IMG/VR virus record: IMGVR_UViG_3300013132_000019
Length of the DNA: 38,315 nt
From: a virus
Taxonomy: Duplodnaviria; Heunggongvirae; Uroviricota; Caudoviricetes
Direction: 5' to 3' (one strand)
Under the pieces are notes generated by a model. The model made no database searches. It saw only the letters and a program-made list of their open reading frames with translations, and was not told the origin of the DNA. Positions 35,790 to 38,315 of the stretch are shown here, piece after piece. Both the position numbers and the translations under genes were made by a program. Position 1 is the stretch's first letter. The number at the start of each line of letters is the position of its first letter.

Positions 35790-38315
35790 TTAAATTATTA
35801 CTGTCCAACCTTTTCCAGTAGCAATTGCTGTATTGCAAGTTGAAGAGCCTGGGTTCTGTGACACCGTTATTGTTTGACCTACAACAATTGCCAGATTAGT
35901 AAATATCTCATCGATTGCTGTTGCATCTAAAGCACACTGATTAAATGATACTGACACCTTTATTCCAGTACCTTGCATCCTCCTTAGATTATAGCAACCA
36001 GAGAATGCTGCTGAAAAGTTGGTACCTGAACTCATACTACAAGGTCCTATTTCAGCTAACGCAGAACAACTTCTTACAAATTCTTGCCAACCAGTCACTG
36101 CACCAGTGTTTATCATATCAAGCCTTCTTAACGAGTACATATTTTGGAAAGTCCTATAATTTCCATACGTATCTGTCGATGTTCCAGCAAAGTCTAAAGT
36201 TGGAAGTTCTGTCAATGAATAGCAACTCGTGAATGTTCCTGAGTTTGGTTGACCCCATCTTGTAACTGATGAAAAGTCTAAATTGCCAACCGATACCAAT
36301 GAATAACAGTTCTCAAACATAAATGTATTATTGGTAACATTTGATGTGTCCAATGTAGGAACCACTCTTAGTCCAGAGCAATTCTGAAACATTCCGCTTG
36401 TAAGTGTACAAGCACCCATATCAAACATATAAACTTCAACGAGATTTCTACATCCACTATACATTGAAGACATCTGTGCGCATACGGAGAATGTTCCAAC
36501 CAGATTTTCTTTCAATGATGCGCACCCAGCGAACATTTGAAGTGCTGATAAAATAGAAGTACAAGTTAAATTATTAGGTGGTAATTCTAATGATAGACAA
36601 TTGTAAAACATACTTACACAAGAAGTGGGTGTTCCTGTCAAATTGGCTTTTCTAAGCGAATAGCATTGATTGAACATATTATCACAACTACCAATAATAT
36701 TTGTTATATTCACATTCATCAATGAATATGCTTGATAAAATGCTGATGCCACAACAGCATTTGGAACATTGGCCTCCAGATACCTCAAACCACTACCTTG
36801 AAAAGCATTTGATAATGTAGTTGCATTTGAAAAATCGTGATTGAAATATTCTATATTACCACAATTGATTAATATTGACCCATAACTTCCAGTTATCGGA
36901 GGAACTTCTAAATGTCTTAATGAACGATTGCCACTCATCAATGATAGATAAGACGTTAACCCAGTAGCAATCATCACATACTTTTCAAGCATCCCAAAAA
37001 ACTTATTGGTACCACCGTTGAATTGGTGGAATGATAAATTAGGAACCGATAGTTTAACATCAAGCCACTGTTCCAAATACAGCCACGTTCTACTTGAATG
37101 TCGATATGGAGTAACATCAAATCTTGTTAAAGTCTGACCAGCTTGAGGCGTTATTGTTATGATGACCTGCCTATATCCACGAGTTGAATATGTTGATGAG
37201 CTAATAGAAGAATACGTGTAGGAATGTTCTGCATTCGTATTTGAAGCGTGTGTTGTAACCGTGCCATCACCCCAATCTACCTGATAATTTCCTTGACATC
37301 TGAATGCCACTACATTTGAATCGCTGTCAAATACAGCAAACAAGCCTACTATTTTTTCATCGCCAGGACTTACCAGACTATCAATGTCCAACCAATCCGA
37401 AGGCCTTTCGTATGGACGAACGATAATATTAAGTTGAAATGTTGAAACCACCTCACTGCTACCATTACTAGCCACACACTCAACATCAAACAACCCATAT
37501 AAATACTCGGAAGCCCAATTAAAATTAATACCAGAACCAACATATATACCATCAACATACCAATCAACCGATGTTAATATTGATTCAGATATGGCTGAAA
37601 ATGATACAGTATCACCAAACACAACTGTAGAAGAACTGGAGGTTGCTGATACTGTTAGTGAATCACAGGTTGTTGCGCTTATCGGTTCACCATATGGTGT
37701 TGAATAATTTGTACCATCCGAATCAGTCCAATTGACATCAGGTATAATATAATTTTCAACTGAAGGTATTGTGGTAATTGTTGTACCCGTAGTATTACTT
37801 ATTGTAATATTGGGTAGTTGAAATGTGCTACCAGCAGACGTACTAGCACTGTAGGTGCTACCTGAATTTATAATGGTTACTGGTTGACAGGTGGTAGCTG
37901 TAAATCCAACCATAGCTGGTGTTAACACAGCACTACCATCACTATCATAATTGGTTACATTTGGTAAGGTATAACCACTTTCAGCTGGTACGCTTATACT
38001 AAATGTGTTACCAGAATTGTTTATTGTCGATGCTGATATATAATATGATGTTCCACTAACAGAACCAACACTATTGAATCCATTGGTAATACCGATATTA
38101 ACATCTTCAACCGAAGGTTGTGAATACAATAGTTGACTATTACCATAAACGTTTATATTAGGTAATTGAAAAATTGAACCTGACGGTGTACTAGCTGAAT
38201 ATGTACTACCTGAATTGATTATCGTTACTGGTTGACAAGTAGTAGCGGTGAAACCAACCATAGCTGGTGTTAATACAGCACTACCATCACTATCATAATT
38301 GGTTACATTTGGTAA
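35790..38315 (-). CDS. Tail fibre / receptor-binding-like protein with Ser/Thr-rich repeats, Ig/PKD-like domains and BspA/DUF285-like leucine-rich repeats; 5' end beyond the window
   Basis: Frame is open to 38315; VDWGDGT (PKD-like); many MF..C..L repeats; terminal IATGKGWTV. Confidence 0.75.
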   Translation of the reverse strand, partial: LPNVTNYDSDGSAVLTPAMVGFTATTCQPVTIINSGSTYSASTPSGSIFQLPNINVYGNSQLLYSQPSVEDVNIGITNGFNSVGSVSGTSYYISASTINNSGNTFSISVPAESGYTLPNVTNYDSDGSAVLTPAMVGFTATTCQPVTIINSGSTYSASTSAGSTFQLPNITISNTTGTTITTIPSVENYIIPDVNWTDSDGTNYSTPYGEPISATTCDSLTVSATSSSSTVVFGDTVSFSAISESILTSVDWYVDGIYVGSGINFNWASEYLYGLFDVECVASNGSSEVVSTFQLNIIVRPYERPSDWLDIDSLVSPGDEKIVGLFAVFDSDSNVVAFRCQGNYQVDWGDGTVTTHASNTNAEHSYTYSSISSSTYSTRGYRQVIITITPQAGQTLTRFDVTPYRHSSRTWLYLEQWLDVKLSVPNLSFHQFNGGTNKFFGMLEKYVMIATGLTSYLSLMSGNRSLRHLEVPPITGSYGSILINCGNIEYFNHDFSNATTLSNAFQGSGLRYLEANVPNAVVASAFYQAYSLMNVNITNIIGSCDNMFNQCYSLRKANLTGTPTSCVSMFYNCLSLELPPNNLTCTSILSALQMFAGCASLKENLVGTFSVCAQMSSMYSGCRNLVEVYMFDMGACTLTSGMFQNCSGLRVVPTLDTSNVTNNTFMFENCYSLVSVGNLDFSSVTRWGQPNSGTFTSCYSLTELPTLDFAGTSTDTYGNYRTFQNMYSLRRLDMINTGAVTGWQEFVRSCSALAEIGPCSMSSGTNFSAAFSGCYNLRRMQGTGIKVSVSFNQCALDATAIDEIFTNLAIVVGQTITVSQNPGSSTCNTAIATGKGWTVII
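37806..38315. repeat. Intragenic duplicated module (about 162 bp, offset 348 bp)
   Basis: LPNVTNYDSDGSAVLTPAMVGFTATTCQPVTIINSGSTYSAST...FQLPNI is encoded at about 38154-38315 and 37806-37967, with mostly synonymous differences. Confidence 0.85.

Noticed and set aside
11-37567. The many short plus-strand and nested ORFs in the track (e.g. 734..1003, 4345..4785, 12110..12478, 27961..28434)
   Set aside because: They are shadows of well-supported minus-strand genes, with no motifs and mostly non-ATG starts.
1-38315. Stop-codon reassignment (alternative genetic code)
   Set aside because: Very long ORFs are intact in code 11, and TAA, TAG and TGA all terminate genes at expected positions.
37806-38315. 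Diversity-generating retroelement template/variable repeat pair
   Set aside because: Both copies are in frame within one gene, differences are mostly synonymous and not adenine-specific, and there is no reverse transcriptase in the window.
1-38315. tRNA or rRNA genes
   Set aside because: No cloverleaf or rRNA-like sequence was seen in the short intergenic gaps.

Overview
AT-rich segment of a large T4-like (contractile-tailed) phage genome, almost entirely coded on the minus strand in the standard genetic code. TAnnTTTG promoter boxes and A-rich leaders without Shine-Dalgarno sequences point to a Bacteroidetes host. Right to left: tail fibre-like LRR/PKD protein (partial), tail sheath, tail tube, tail chaperone pair with a probable frameshift, tape measure, baseplate/hub proteins, then a replication module (gp32-like SSB, RecA/UvsX, 5'-3' exonuclease, DnaB-like helicase, nrdB, nrdA). 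Two things stand out. (1) nrdA is fractured into two genes joined by a split intein, with a free-standing Vsr-like endonuclease between them. (2) An integron-like array starts at the nrdA stop codon: four attC-like hairpins separate single small genes, and the GTT end of each hairpin is the reverse complement of the AAC start of the next. No integrase is present in the window. Also present: an origin-like non-coding region and endonuclease genes preceded by hairpins with a promoter-like motif in the loop. All protein calls come from motif recognition by eye, not database searches.
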